44,097 nucleotides of DNA from Candidatus Moraniibacteriota bacterium. Its GTDB lineage: Bacteria; Patescibacteriota; Minisyncoccia; Moranbacterales; UBA9337. The notes under the pieces are model-generated. The model had not been told where the DNA came from. It made no database searches and saw only the letters and a list, made by a program, of their open reading frames with translations. The first letter of the stretch is position 1. The number at the start of each line of letters is the position of its first letter. This document shows, piece by piece, positions 7,731 through 17,252 of the stretch. The position numbers were made by a program, and so were the translations under genes. The DNA lies in NCBI GenBank assembly GCA_038331135.1, contig JBBQOS010000002.1, positions 1 to 44,097 of the forward strand. Reading direction: 5' to 3'.

Positions 7731-7794
7731 CCCACTATCCCCCACCTAGCTACATCTCAATCCCATTTTACCCCACTTGGTCATATCTTGTCAA
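7731..7794 (-). promoter_or_regulatory. Pmra promoter with four MraZ-box-like GTGGG repeats
   Basis: Minus strand TTGACA (7794..7789), 18 nt, TAAAAT (7770..7765). GTGGG/TGGGA boxes lie at 7776..7772, 7765..7761, 7745..7741 and 7735..7731 (10/21/10-bp spacing), overlapping and just downstream of the promoter. Confidence 0.6.
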
Positions 7795-7844
7795 CACTTT
7801 TCAAAACAGTTTAATAACAAAAAATTTAATATTGCAATAAATAT

Positions 7845-7886
7845 AAAAACAGCTCATTGATCGGCGAATCAATAAGCTGTTTTTAT
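7845..7886. terminator. Bidirectional rho-independent terminator
   Basis: 12-bp stem acagctcattgat / atcaataagctgt (one mismatch), loop cggcga, A-run before and T-run after. Confidence 0.7.
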
Positions 7887-8016
7887 TTCTAAACTCTGCT
7901 GATTTATATAAATTGATAAGTTTCCATCACTCAATATTTATCCCAAATTAGATGACTAACTAAGGATAAAAATTGGGTAATTGAAATTTACGCTGAATTG
8001 TCAAGAAACAAACTAA
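7845..8016 (-). ncRNA. Candidate small RNA (orphan promoter-to-terminator unit, about 170 nt, no ORF)
   Basis: Near-consensus promoter at 8051..8023 and terminator at 7880..7845 on the same strand. The longest ATG ORF between them is 7 codons. Confidence 0.3.
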
Positions 8017-8022
8017 CTTAAA

Positions 8023-8051
8023 ATTATAGCACAAATATTATAAAAAGTCAA
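8023..8051 (-). promoter_or_regulatory. Near-consensus sigma70-type promoter (TTGACT-17-TGcTATAAT)
   Basis: Minus strand: TTGACT = 8051..8046, 17-nt spacer, TGC then TATAAT = 8028..8023. Confidence 0.6.
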
Positions 8052-8088
8052 TACCTTGTATTTACCTGTGTTTACCTGGTACTTACCT
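8052..8088 (-). repeat. Four helically phased AGGTA repeats abutting the -35
   Basis: Plus-strand TACCT at 8052, 8063, 8073 and 8084 (spacing 11/10/11 bp). Minus strand reads AAGGTAAGTACC AGGTAAACAC AGGTAAATAC AAGGTA-TTGACT. Confidence 0.7.
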
Positions 8089-8154
8089 TAAAAAGTACTT
8101 TTTTTTCCAATTAGCACAGTATAAAAGATGAATTTTGTTAACACCTAAAAAATG

Positions 8155-8185
8155 CAAAAAAACGAGTCAACCAAATCAACTCGTT
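8155..8185 (-). terminator. Terminator of the GT2 gene
   Basis: 7-bp stem aacgagt/actcgtt with 11-nt loop; T-run on the minus strand (A-run 8156-8162 on plus); 30 nt after the stop. Confidence 0.55.
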
Positions 8186-8215
8186 AATTTATCAGACTAT
8201 TGAATTTAAAAAAAA

Positions 8216-9169
8216 TTAATTAATGCTAATTTCTTTAATATGATATCCTCGATATTTTTTGGCTTTGAAATAATTTTTAATTAAAATATCTGCCAAAAGT
8301 CCTGAAATAAAGAGTTGTACTCCCACCAACACAAACATCACCCCAATCATCGGCCAGATTCTTTCTCCAATAGATTGATTAAAGAAAACTTTTTCCACAA
8401 ACATCCAAGCTAAAATTATCACGCCCAAAGAAGACAAAATTATTCCACTAGCGCCAAAAAGATGTAATGGTCGATTGGCAAACTTTCGCCAAAACCAAAT
8501 TGAAACCATATCTACAAAACCCTTAAAGGCTCTTTTCCAATTATATTTTGTCACACCATGAATGCGAGGATGATGAGAAACTTTTACCTCAGCTACCTTG
8601 AATCCATCCATCTCCAAAAGCGCCGGGATGAACCGATGCATCTCTCCGAAAAGTTCCAAATCAACAAAGCATTCTTTTTTGTAAGCCTTGAGACTGCAAC
8701 CGCTATCATGAATATTATCTTCAATCAAAATTTTTCGTAACAAATTAGCCCCGCGAGAAAATATTTTTTTACTCATAGAATCCTTTCTCTTAAATCTCCA
8801 ACCGCTGACTACGTCGTATCCTTCTTCTATTTTTTCTAATAACTTAGCGATGTCTGCCGGGTCATTTTGCAAATCGCCATCCATCGTTACAATTACTTCA
8901 CCTCTTGCGACTTGAAAGCCAGCATCAAAAGCGGCCGTTTGTCCATAATTTTTACGAAATCTTATCAGTTTCAATGGACTAAGATTTTGACACATTTTAA
9001 CAGTTCCATCGCTTGAACCGTCATCAATAAAAATTATTTCAAAACTTTTTTTTATTTTTTTGCATTCTTCTAAAATTCGACTATGCAACTTTTCCACATT
9101 ACCCTCCTCATTATACACTGGAACTACTATCGAAATATCCAGCTTATCTTCTTGATTTTTTTCTTGCAT
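8216..9169 (-). CDS. Family-2 glycosyltransferase, polyprenyl-phosphate sugar transferase type (GtrB/ArnC-like)
   Basis: 317 aa. VVPVYNEE...IFIDDGSSDGT...MDGDLQND GT-A motifs plus two C-terminal TM helices. Confidence 0.75.
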   Translation of the reverse strand: MQEKNQEDKLDISIVVPVYNEEGNVEKLHSRILEECKKIKKSFEIIFIDDGSSDGTVKMCQNLSPLKLIRFRKNYGQTAAFDAGFQVARGEVIVTMDGDLQNDPADIAKLLEKIEEGYDVVSGWRFKRKDSMSKKIFSRGANLLRKILIEDNIHDSGCSLKAYKKECFVDLELFGEMHRFIPALLEMDGFKVAEVKVSHHPRIHGVTKYNWKRAFKGFVDMVSIWFWRKFANRPLHLFGASGIILSSLGVIILAWMFVEKVFFNQSIGERIWPMIGVMFVLVGVQLFISGLLADILIKNYFKAKKYRGYHIKEISIN

Positions 9170-9267
9170 AATATTTTACTAATTTATAATAATTAAAACT
9201 ACTGCGAAATCTGTACTGTAGAATATAACGCAATTTTAAAACTCTTCCGTTTTCAAATTCCCAATTT

Positions 9268-9969
9268 TTAAACCGTTAGTCCCACTATGTACTTAAAAAA
9301 TAAAGATAAAATAGAACTCATTAAATACCATATAGGGGTTGAAAGAAAAAATATAGCAAACAACAAAAACACAAATCCATATTGCTCCAAGAATAATTTT
9401 GTTTGCTCTTTAATTGGAACAAATGCAAATAACAACTTCGATCCATCCAGTGGTGGGATAGGAATAAGATTAAAAACAGCTAAAAAAATATTAATAGTCA
9501 AAATCATCATAAATAGCCAAAAGAATATAGCCAAAAAAGATCCTGACAAAAGTATGTTTAATTCGCTAAAATTAAAAATATTATTAGTTATCGCCAACTT
9601 AACCGAATCACTAAGTGGGATAAGATTAGCTCCTAGCGCAAAAATTGTAGCTGTTATAATGTTTGATGCTGGTCCCGCTAATGCCACCCAAGCTGGTCCC
9701 CTTTTTTGATCTCTCAAATTATATGGATTATATGGAACTGGCTTGGCCCAACCAAAACCAAAATTAAAAGTAAAAATCATAAAAATCGGAACAATAAACG
9801 AACCCCATAAATCGAAATGTTTGATGGGATTTAGGGTTAACCTATCGGCATATTTGGCTGTTGGATCACCCAATTTAAGAGCCATAAGACCGTGTGCCAC
9901 TTCATGTATCACCACCGACATTACCAATATAAATACTTGAAATATAATTAAAACAATTTCTCCTGACAT
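9268..9969 (-). CDS. Site-2 protease family (peptidase M50) membrane metalloprotease
   Basis: 233 aa polytopic membrane protein. HEVAHG (HExxH) in the first TM helix; NLIPIPPLDGSKL motif. Confidence 0.75.
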   Translation of the reverse strand: MSGEIVLIIFQVFILVMSVVIHEVAHGLMALKLGDPTAKYADRLTLNPIKHFDLWGSFIVPIFMIFTFNFGFGWAKPVPYNPYNLRDQKRGPAWVALAGPASNIITATIFALGANLIPLSDSVKLAITNNIFNFSELNILLSGSFLAIFFWLFMMILTINIFLAVFNLIPIPPLDGSKLLFAFVPIKEQTKLFLEQYGFVFLLFAIFFLSTPIWYLMSSILSLFFKYIVGLTV

Positions 9970-10118
9970 AAAAGATATATTTTACAACTTAATATTTAAT
10001 TTCTCTTTACAAAATACACCTATTATGATAATCTAAATCTTGTAAATAAGCAAACTAATTTAAGGACATAAATCATCCAAATATGAAGGTGGTTATTAAT
10101 TTGTTCTGTAATATACTT

Positions 10119-10289
10119 ATGAGTAGAACTTGTGAAATTTGTAATAGAGGAACCGCTTCAGGACATTCTAGAAGTCATTCCAATATCGCTACTAAAAGAA
10201 AATTTAAAGTAAATATTCAACAAAAAAAAGTGGATGGCCAAAAGAAAAAAGTTTGTACCAGATGCATCCGCACTATGAATAAAGCTTAA
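10119..10289 (+). CDS. rpmB: 50S ribosomal protein L28
   Basis: MSRTCEICNRGTASGHSRSHSNIATKRKFKVNIQ... is a typical L28 N-terminus. The track ORF starts 12 codons earlier (10083) with non-L28 residues. Confidence 0.85.
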   Translation: MSRTCEICNRGTASGHSRSHSNIATKRKFKVNIQQKKVDGQKKKVCTRCIRTMNKA

Positions 10290-10311
10290 GCTTAAAAACA
10301 CTTTATAAAAT

Positions 10312-10340
10312 AAAACCCTACTTTTGAAGGGTTTTATTTT
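10312..10340. terminator. Bidirectional terminator between convergent rpmB and ispG
   Basis: Stem aaccct/agggtt, 8-nt loop, flanked by A-run and T-run. Confidence 0.65.
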
Positions 10341-10379
10341 ATAAGCTGAAAACTAGCAATTATAAACCAACAACCATTT

Positions 10380-11435
10380 TTAAAACTTCTCTATTTCCTT
10401 CATAAATTCCTCCAGTAAATCTTTTTCATCCACCTTTTTAATGATCTTTCCTTTTTTAACGATTAATCCCACACCCCTTCCTCCAACTATTGCCAAATCC
10501 GCCTCTCTGGCTTCACCAGGGCCATTTACCACACAACCCATTACCGCTACACGCATATCTTTTTCAACGCCTTCCAATAGCTTTTCTACTTTTCCTACCA
10601 ACTTTATTAAATCTATCTGAGTTCTTCCGCAAGTAGGACAACTGGTTACAGAAATTCCTCTTTTTCTAAGTCCTAAAGATTTTAATATTTCCCAGGCCAC
10701 TTTTATTTCCTCTACCGGATTAGCTGTAAGAGAAACTCTAATTGTATCTCCAATTCCGTCATAAAGTAATATTCCAAATCCCACTGACGATAAAATCGTT
10801 CCTCGAAAAGTAGTCCCAGCTTCAGTTATTCCGATGTGCAAAGGATAATCCACTTCTTTAGAAAGTAGCCGGTAAGCCTCAACTGTCCTCTCGACATCAT
10901 TGGCTTTCAGAGAAATCGCTATATCAAAAAAATTATTTTTTTCTAAAATTTTTATATGACGCATGGCAGATTCTACCATCCCATCAGGAGTAACCTCATT
11001 GTTATATTTTTTCAAAATATCTTTTTCTAGTGATCCTCCGTTAATACCTATTCGAATAGGAATATTTTTTTCTTTGCAAGCCTGAACCAACATAGCTACT
11101 TTGTTTTCATCGCTGATATTGCCCGGATTAATTCTCAGCTTATCAATACCTTGATGAATGGATTCCAGCGCACACTCAACTGAAAAATGAATGTCTGCTA
11201 CAATTGGAATATTAATTTGTTTTTTTATTTTACCAATCGCTTTAGCTGCTTCCATGTCGGGAACAGCTATTCGGACTATCTCGCAACCGGCTTGAATGAG
11301 TTCTTTGATTTGAGCCACTGTCGCATCCACATCTCTGGTGTCAGTATTGCACATTGATTGAATAACAATGGGCGAATCTCCCCCAATAAAAACATTACCC
11401 ACTTTAATTTTTCTAGTTTTTCGTCTTTCTATCAT
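10380..11435 (-). CDS. ispG: 4-hydroxy-3-methylbut-2-en-1-yl diphosphate synthase (IspG/GcpE)
   Basis: 351 aa. RRKTRKIKVGNVFIGGDSPIVIQSM; Fe-S cysteines CPTCGR and GCVVNGPGE. Confidence 0.9.
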   Translation of the reverse strand: MIERRKTRKIKVGNVFIGGDSPIVIQSMCNTDTRDVDATVAQIKELIQAGCEIVRIAVPDMEAAKAIGKIKKQINIPIVADIHFSVECALESIHQGIDKLRINPGNISDENKVAMLVQACKEKNIPIRIGINGGSLEKDILKKYNNEVTPDGMVESAMRHIKILEKNNFFDIAISLKANDVERTVEAYRLLSKEVDYPLHIGITEAGTTFRGTILSSVGFGILLYDGIGDTIRVSLTANPVEEIKVAWEILKSLGLRKRGISVTSCPTCGRTQIDLIKLVGKVEKLLEGVEKDMRVAVMGCVVNGPGEAREADLAIVGGRGVGLIVKKGKIIKKVDEKDLLEEFMKEIEKF

Positions 11436-11595
11436 AATATTATATTTAAAAAATTATTCATTATTTTAGCTTGATTATAGCATGAGAAAATTTTTTATTA
11501 AAAATTTCTATCCTTATCTTTATGAGTTATTACGCTTCCTCCAATTTTTAGAATATACAGCGGTTTTTTCATATTATTTAAAAAAATTAAAAAAA

Positions 11596-12666
11596 TTAAA
11601 TTTCTCGTTGCGCCATATAATCTGCCAAAGCTAAGAGAATTTTTTCAGTTTTTTTATCAAAACCGATACTAGCTAATTCTGCCTTGCCTTCAGAAATTAA
11701 TTTTTTAGCTAAAGCGTTAGCATATTCAAGAGATTTAGTTTCTCGAATAATTTTTCTAAATTCTTCTATTTCTGCCTTGGTTATATCTTTTTTGCCCAAT
11801 AGATTATCTAAAACTTTTTTTTGCTTTTTATTGGCATTTTTCTGAGCCCTTACTACCAAAATAGTTTGCTTTCCCTCTCGAATATCAGAGCCCACTGGTT
11901 TTCCGATTTTTTTTTCATCACCAAAAATTCCCAAAATATCATCTTGAATTTGAAAAGCCACTCCAATAGGCACGGCGAAATTGCTAATTTTAGACAGTAG
12001 CTCATCACTTGCTCCACCCAAGATAGCGCCCAAATGCAACGGTCCCTCAATTGTATATTTAGCCGTTTTGTTTTTATACATATCCAAAACTTCTTTTTCA
12101 TTGGCTACTCGACTATGCTCAATAAAAACATCCTGCGCTTCACCTACCGCCACCCTAGCGATGATATCTTGTAATCTGGACAAAGCTTTGATAATTAAAG
12201 TCGCATCAAATTTAGAATTAAAAAGAACCTGATTTCCCAAAGCGTTCACGATATCGCCCACGACAATACCGATTGAATTTCCAAAATGAGTTGAATCTCT
12301 TTTTCCTTTGGCAATAAATTTTCCCAATTTCTTATATTTACAATGAATAGTCTCTACCCCATGGCGTTTGGGATCATTATCAATAATATCATCATGAATT
12401 AATAAAAAAATATGAATCAATTCGATGCTCACGGAAGATTTAATAATTCTTTTCTCATTTTGGCCTCCAACTCCCTGATAACCCCAATACATCAGAGCCG
12501 GTCGCAATCTCTTTCCTCCGGACAAAGTTATTTTTTTAACATGCTTCAGTGCTTCCGTAGTGATAAAATTATTTTTTTTAGAATCATTTATGACCTTATC
12601 GAAAAAAAATTCTAATTCTGGGTTAATCCTATCTTGAAATATCTTTAATTCTTCTTTAATATTCAT
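11596..12666 (-). CDS. Polyprenyl diphosphate synthase (trans-isoprenyl, GGPP/FPP synthase-like)
   Basis: 356 aa. First and second Asp-rich motifs LIHDDIIDND and FQIQDDILG. Confidence 0.8.
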   Translation of the reverse strand: MNIKEELKIFQDRINPELEFFFDKVINDSKKNNFITTEALKHVKKITLSGGKRLRPALMYWGYQGVGGQNEKRIIKSSVSIELIHIFLLIHDDIIDNDPKRHGVETIHCKYKKLGKFIAKGKRDSTHFGNSIGIVVGDIVNALGNQVLFNSKFDATLIIKALSRLQDIIARVAVGEAQDVFIEHSRVANEKEVLDMYKNKTAKYTIEGPLHLGAILGGASDELLSKISNFAVPIGVAFQIQDDILGIFGDEKKIGKPVGSDIREGKQTILVVRAQKNANKKQKKVLDNLLGKKDITKAEIEEFRKIIRETKSLEYANALAKKLISEGKAELASIGFDKKTEKILLALADYMAQREI

Positions 12667-12705
12667 AAAAAATAATTTTAGTTAATTATCAATTCCCCTC
12701 CAAGT

Positions 12706-14577
12706 CTACCGCGAAAAATACCACTTGTAAACCTCGTTGGTCACAGGCACAGCGTTGAAACCATCTTCCTCCTGACCCTCTACTAAGATCACCATTACAA
12801 TCTCCGGATTTTCATATGGAGCAAACGACACTAACCAACCATGTGCTTTTTTTTCATTTCCAAACTGAGCGGTACCTGTTTTACCTGCCACCTCCACGGG
12901 CAAATCTTTAAGCATCTGAGCGGTTCCTTCTGTGACAGTCATTCGCATTCCTTCCTTAATTATTTTTAAAATATCTGCGTTAATGAACCCATCTCTAATT
13001 ATTTCTGACTTATTGTAAATAGTTTTGTCGGATTTTTTTATTTGAGAAACTAAGCGCGGTTGATAAAGCTTTCCTCCATTGGCCACGACAGCCACACTGT
13101 TGGCTATTTGAAGTGGCGTAGCAGTTATATAACCCTGTCCAATTGAGGCATGATAAGTATTTCCAATATACCAGCTTTCATCAAATTTTTCTTCTTTCCA
13201 TTCCTTGGTTGGTAAAAATCCACTTACTTCTCCAGGAATGTCCACACCGGATAATTCTCCATAACCAAACATATTAGCATATTTTTTTATATTTTCTATT
13301 CCTATCCCCCGAATCGATCCATAACCTCCGCCCACTGAATAAAAAAATACATCACTAGAAACAGCTAAAGCTCTTTTTACATCTGTAAATCCGTGAGCTT
13401 TCCAGTCTCCAAAAAACCAACTTCCTACACTGATGCCCCCCTTGCTCTCTATTTGAGTACTAGGAGTTATCACCCCTTCAGTGAGAGCCGCTGATGCCAT
13501 TACTGGCTTAAATGTTGAACCTGGAGCATATTCGCCCGAAATCGCCCGATTAAACATTGGTTTACTTTCATTGTTTAAAAGACTGGCGTAATCATTATTG
13601 GAAATTCCTTTGGCAAATAAATTATTATCAAAACTAGGTATGCTTACCATAGCCAAAACCGCCCCACTTCTAGGATCTAGTGCCACAGCTGCTCCAGCCT
13701 TGAGATTTTCTTTTTCCAAAACACCAGACAGACTATCAAATATTTTTTTCTGCAATTGACTATCAATATTAAGCACCAAATCACTACCTGCCTCTGGGTT
13801 AACTACGCCCAGTTCTCTAACCACATGCCCCAAAGAATCCACCTCTACATTAATTTTTCCGGGAACTCCGCGCAAATCTTTTTCATAATATTTTTCCAAT
13901 CCCTTTTTACCAATCGAATCCGTCATCAAATAACCTGGATTTTCCTCTAGCTCTTCTTTTTTTATCTTTCCTTCGTATCCAATAATGTTGGAAAAAATTA
14001 AACTATCTGAATAATCTCGAATAGCCGTTTTGGTCACTTGAATTCCAGGAAGTTTTTGGTAACTTTCCATCACTAGCAACGCCTGCGTCTGATTAATATT
14101 TTTCAAAAGCAAAATAGCATTGTCTTCTTTATTTTTATTTTTAAAATTTTCCGCAAGTTCATCAAATCTATCAGGAAATATCTTTTTAATTTTCTCTAAA
14201 ACTTCTGGCGAAAATTCAAATCCGGCGCTAATTCCGCGAATATCTACAATTAAATCCAAACTTGGAATATTATACACTAACACATTTCCAAATTTATCAA
14301 ATATTTTTCCGCGCGGAGCCTTTATGTAAGCAATTCTGAGTCTATTTTCTTTGGCTACTGCCTGATAATACGCACCCTTAACCACAGCTAAAAAAGCAGT
14401 TCTGCCAAAAAGAAGTATGAGAGCTAAAATTATAGAAAACCAAAAAATATTTAGCAACCCCTTGTTAAAAGGAATTTCTATCCTACCCACTTCCGAACCG
14501 CTCAACAAAACAGAATCTGCTATTTCATCGATTTCTTTGGAAGTTTTTAATTTGTATTTTTTACTAAAGAGTCCCAT
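12706..14577 (-). CDS. mrdA: Penicillin-binding protein 2 (elongasome transpeptidase MrdA)
   Basis: 623 aa. STFK (SxxK), SSD, KTGTAQ. Immediately downstream of mreBCD. Confidence 0.85.
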   Translation of the reverse strand: MGLFSKKYKLKTSKEIDEIADSVLLSGSEVGRIEIPFNKGLLNIFWFSIILALILLFGRTAFLAVVKGAYYQAVAKENRLRIAYIKAPRGKIFDKFGNVLVYNIPSLDLIVDIRGISAGFEFSPEVLEKIKKIFPDRFDELAENFKNKNKEDNAILLLKNINQTQALLVMESYQKLPGIQVTKTAIRDYSDSLIFSNIIGYEGKIKKEELEENPGYLMTDSIGKKGLEKYYEKDLRGVPGKINVEVDSLGHVVRELGVVNPEAGSDLVLNIDSQLQKKIFDSLSGVLEKENLKAGAAVALDPRSGAVLAMVSIPSFDNNLFAKGISNNDYASLLNNESKPMFNRAISGEYAPGSTFKPVMASAALTEGVITPSTQIESKGGISVGSWFFGDWKAHGFTDVKRALAVSSDVFFYSVGGGYGSIRGIGIENIKKYANMFGYGELSGVDIPGEVSGFLPTKEWKEEKFDESWYIGNTYHASIGQGYITATPLQIANSVAVVANGGKLYQPRLVSQIKKSDKTIYNKSEIIRDGFINADILKIIKEGMRMTVTEGTAQMLKDLPVEVAGKTGTAQFGNEKKAHGWLVSFAPYENPEIVMVILVEGQEEDGFNAVPVTNEVYKWYFSR

Positions 14578-14590
14578 AAATAAAAATAAA

Positions 14591-15136
14591 TTAAAAAGAA
14601 ATATTTAATCTGTTTTCGCTTCTGGCAATATATTTTTCTATTTTATTTACAAAAGTATAAATTATAAAAAAGGAAATACCTGAAATGATATTGGCTACAA
14701 TAAAAGTGTTCCAATTTATAAAATAATCTTTTATTGTGTAAAGCAAAACTTCGCTAAACATATTCGAATTAATAAATAAAATGTTAAAAATGCTTCCCAT
14801 AAAATTTCCGACTAAAATAAAAATTACCACCAATAAAAATCCAGACCAACGCCTCTCAATCATAAAACTTTTTGAAACAAAACTTATTAAATAAGCAGAC
14901 AAGACAAAAAATAAAATGTTAGGACCTATTTTTTCGGCTAAAAATATGTCGTTAAAAAATCCTAGCAAAACAATCCAGCGCCACATTTTATCAAAACCAC
15001 TAACAATTATCCAGGCGATTACGGTTAATATTGATAGATTAACTAAATTATTTTTTAAAAAAATTAAATCCAAAAAATTTATTTGAATAAAAATAATCAA
15101 AAAAATTATAAAGATTCTCAATAAAAATTTTTTCAT
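14591..15136 (-). CDS. mreD: Rod shape-determining protein MreD
   Basis: 181-aa polytopic membrane protein. Start overlaps the mreC stop by 1 nt; position between mreC and mrdA. Confidence 0.65.
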   Translation of the reverse strand: MKKFLLRIFIIFLIIFIQINFLDLIFLKNNLVNLSILTVIAWIIVSGFDKMWRWIVLLGFFNDIFLAEKIGPNILFFVLSAYLISFVSKSFMIERRWSGFLLVVIFILVGNFMGSIFNILFINSNMFSEVLLYTIKDYFINWNTFIVANIISGISFFIIYTFVNKIEKYIARSENRLNISF

Positions 15137-15954
15137 TAGTTATTATAATTTTTAATTACAAAAACAAAACGCAATTTAAAGAAATCAACTGGCGGAGCAA
15201 TTATGGCCTTTTGAAATAACTCGTTTTTGGCCAAATCAATTTCCCTTATTTCCCCCACTAGCAACCCTCTAGGCACGTCTTGGCTGATATCTGAAGTAAT
15301 TACCCTGTCTCCAATTTTTAAATTATCTGTCTGTAAAACCAAGTCCATAGTTAACCCCAACCCATAATTTCCCCTGGCCACGCCCACTGCTCCCGTTTCA
15401 ACAGTCTCAACATTAATATTCATTAATTTCTCAGTGATAAAAATCACTCGAGCAGTCGAATCAAAAACTTCTTCAACTTTTCCTACCAAAATTCCGTCAG
15501 CAACTATCACAGACATTCCTTTTTCCAAACCATTTCTTTTCCCCTTATCAATTAATATCCAACTATTGTTATTATAAATATCTCTTCCTATTATACGAGC
15601 TGACTCCAAATTAAATCCTTCCTGAGATGAGATATTTAATTGACTGCGCAAACCTTCATTTTCTTTCATGACATCTGCAACTTTTACATTTTGAGCTTTT
15701 AATCTCAAATTTTCCTCCATCAAATTCTTATTTTCTTTTTTTATTTTACCGATAGAAGAAATTGCTTCGCCAAAAGAATAGGTTCTATTCGCCAAGCTAG
15801 AAAAAAGTTTTTGCACTGGCAAAGTAATTCCGACAAAAAAAGTTCTTGTCCCGTTAAAAAAATTATTTGGATTCCAAAGTATCAATAAAGTTGCTAGTAT
15901 GCAAACAGCCGTTACTTTGAATATTTTTTTAGAAGTAATTTTTTTTACAGGCAT
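15136..15954 (-). CDS. mreC: Rod shape-determining protein MreC
   Basis: 272 aa. N-terminal TM, coiled-coil (KKENKNLMEENLRLKAQN), beta-rich C-terminal half. Follows mreB. Confidence 0.8.
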   Translation of the reverse strand: MPVKKITSKKIFKVTAVCILATLLILWNPNNFFNGTRTFFVGITLPVQKLFSSLANRTYSFGEAISSIGKIKKENKNLMEENLRLKAQNVKVADVMKENEGLRSQLNISSQEGFNLESARIIGRDIYNNNSWILIDKGKRNGLEKGMSVIVADGILVGKVEEVFDSTARVIFITEKLMNINVETVETGAVGVARGNYGLGLTMDLVLQTDNLKIGDRVITSDISQDVPRGLLVGEIREIDLAKNELFQKAIIAPPVDFFKLRFVFVIKNYNN

Positions 15955-15967
15955 AGTTTATTTTAAA

Positions 15968-17056
15968 TTAACGCAGTGGGCTATCATCATATTGATTGGC
16001 GGCCAAGACTTCTTTGAGTGATTCCAAATCTTCCAACACAATTCCTGTTCCCCTTACTACCGCCGTCAATGGATCTTCCATGGTACGCACCAATATACCA
16101 GTTTGATTGGCAATTAATTTGTCCAGACCGCGAATTAAGCTTCCTCCTCCAGCTAAAATTATTCCCCTTTGCATAATATCAGCGATTAATTCTGGCGGAG
16201 TATCTTCAATTATAATTTTAATGTTATTGACAATTATTCTAATAGAGCGTGAAAGAGCTTCTCTAATTTGCTCATCATTGATTTTTATTTTTTTTGGAAG
16301 ACCGCTTACTAGATCTCGCCCTCGAATATCCATAGTAAGTTTTTTCTCTTGCGGATAAGCGCTCCCGATACTAATTTTAACATCCTCAGCAGTCCTTTCT
16401 CCTACGAGCAAATTAAATTCATCTCGACAATATCTAATGATATCTTCATTCATCTCATCTCCGGCAATGCGCAAACTTCTCGAAGAGACTACTCCGCCCA
16501 AAGAAATGACAGCTATTTCAGCTGTTCCTCCTCCGATATCTACAATCATATTTCCAGCGGCTGTCGTTACTGGCAGATGAGCTCCAATTGCAGCTGCCAT
16601 CGGTTCGTCAATAATATAAGCCTCTCGTGCACCAGCACTGATAGCTGCATCGATTACCGCTCTTTTTTCTACTTCAGTAACTTCTGAAGGAATTCCAATC
16701 AAAACTCTGGGGCGAGGCAAAATAGAAAAAGAATCTTGATGTACCTTATCAATAAAGTATCTTAGCATTTGTTCAGTCACCTCAAAATCGCTTATTACCC
16801 CATCCACTAGCGGACGAATCGCTACGATATGACTAGGCGTTTTACCTACCATTTGCTTGGCTTTTTTCCCAATTGCCAAAATTTGTCCGGTTTTTTTGTT
16901 TATAGCTACCACGCTTGGCTCGTTGATAACTATTCCTTTGCCGCTAACATACACCAATGTATTGGCCGTTCCCAAATCAATTCCAATATCCTTAGAAAAA
17001 TTTCCAAAAATCTTTCCCGTTATCTTTCGATACACATTTCTAATTTTTTTAAACAT
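15968..17056 (-). CDS. mreB: Rod shape-determining protein MreB
   Basis: 362 aa actin-fold ATPase: GIDLGTANTLVY, VDIGGGTAEIAV, ILAGGGSLIRGLD. Confidence 0.95.
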   Translation of the reverse strand: MFKKIRNVYRKITGKIFGNFSKDIGIDLGTANTLVYVSGKGIVINEPSVVAINKKTGQILAIGKKAKQMVGKTPSHIVAIRPLVDGVISDFEVTEQMLRYFIDKVHQDSFSILPRPRVLIGIPSEVTEVEKRAVIDAAISAGAREAYIIDEPMAAAIGAHLPVTTAAGNMIVDIGGGTAEIAVISLGGVVSSRSLRIAGDEMNEDIIRYCRDEFNLLVGERTAEDVKISIGSAYPQEKKLTMDIRGRDLVSGLPKKIKINDEQIREALSRSIRIIVNNIKIIIEDTPPELIADIMQRGIILAGGGSLIRGLDKLIANQTGILVRTMEDPLTAVVRGTGIVLEDLESLKEVLAANQYDDSPLR

Positions 17057-17129
17057 ACAAACAAATCCTCTAGAAATAATGCAGTAGAGGTTTTTTATTT
17101 AAAGAATTATTTTTGTTTTCACTTACTAA

Positions 17130-17158
17130 ATCATACCAAAATTAAGCCTCGGTGTCAA
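17130..17158 (-). promoter_or_regulatory. Promoter of the mreBCD-mrdA operon (TTGACA-17-TGgTATGAT)
   Basis: Minus strand TTGACA = 17158..17153, 17-nt spacer with TGG, TATGAT = 17135..17130; about 73-nt leader. Confidence 0.6.
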
Positions 17159-17252
17159 AATGAAAAAGCTTGACTAAAATCTCACAAACCTTTACCTTAT
17201 AGTTAGTAACTTCGATGCAAATCACAAAATTTTATTCATGGAGGAATCGGAC

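Noticed and set aside
17067-17096. Hairpin cctcta/tagagg covering the AGAGGA upstream of mreB, considered as an SD-sequestering switch.
   Set aside because: The stem is only 6 bp and the T-run lies on the opposite strand, so it could equally be a weak antisense terminator. There is no supporting conservation data.
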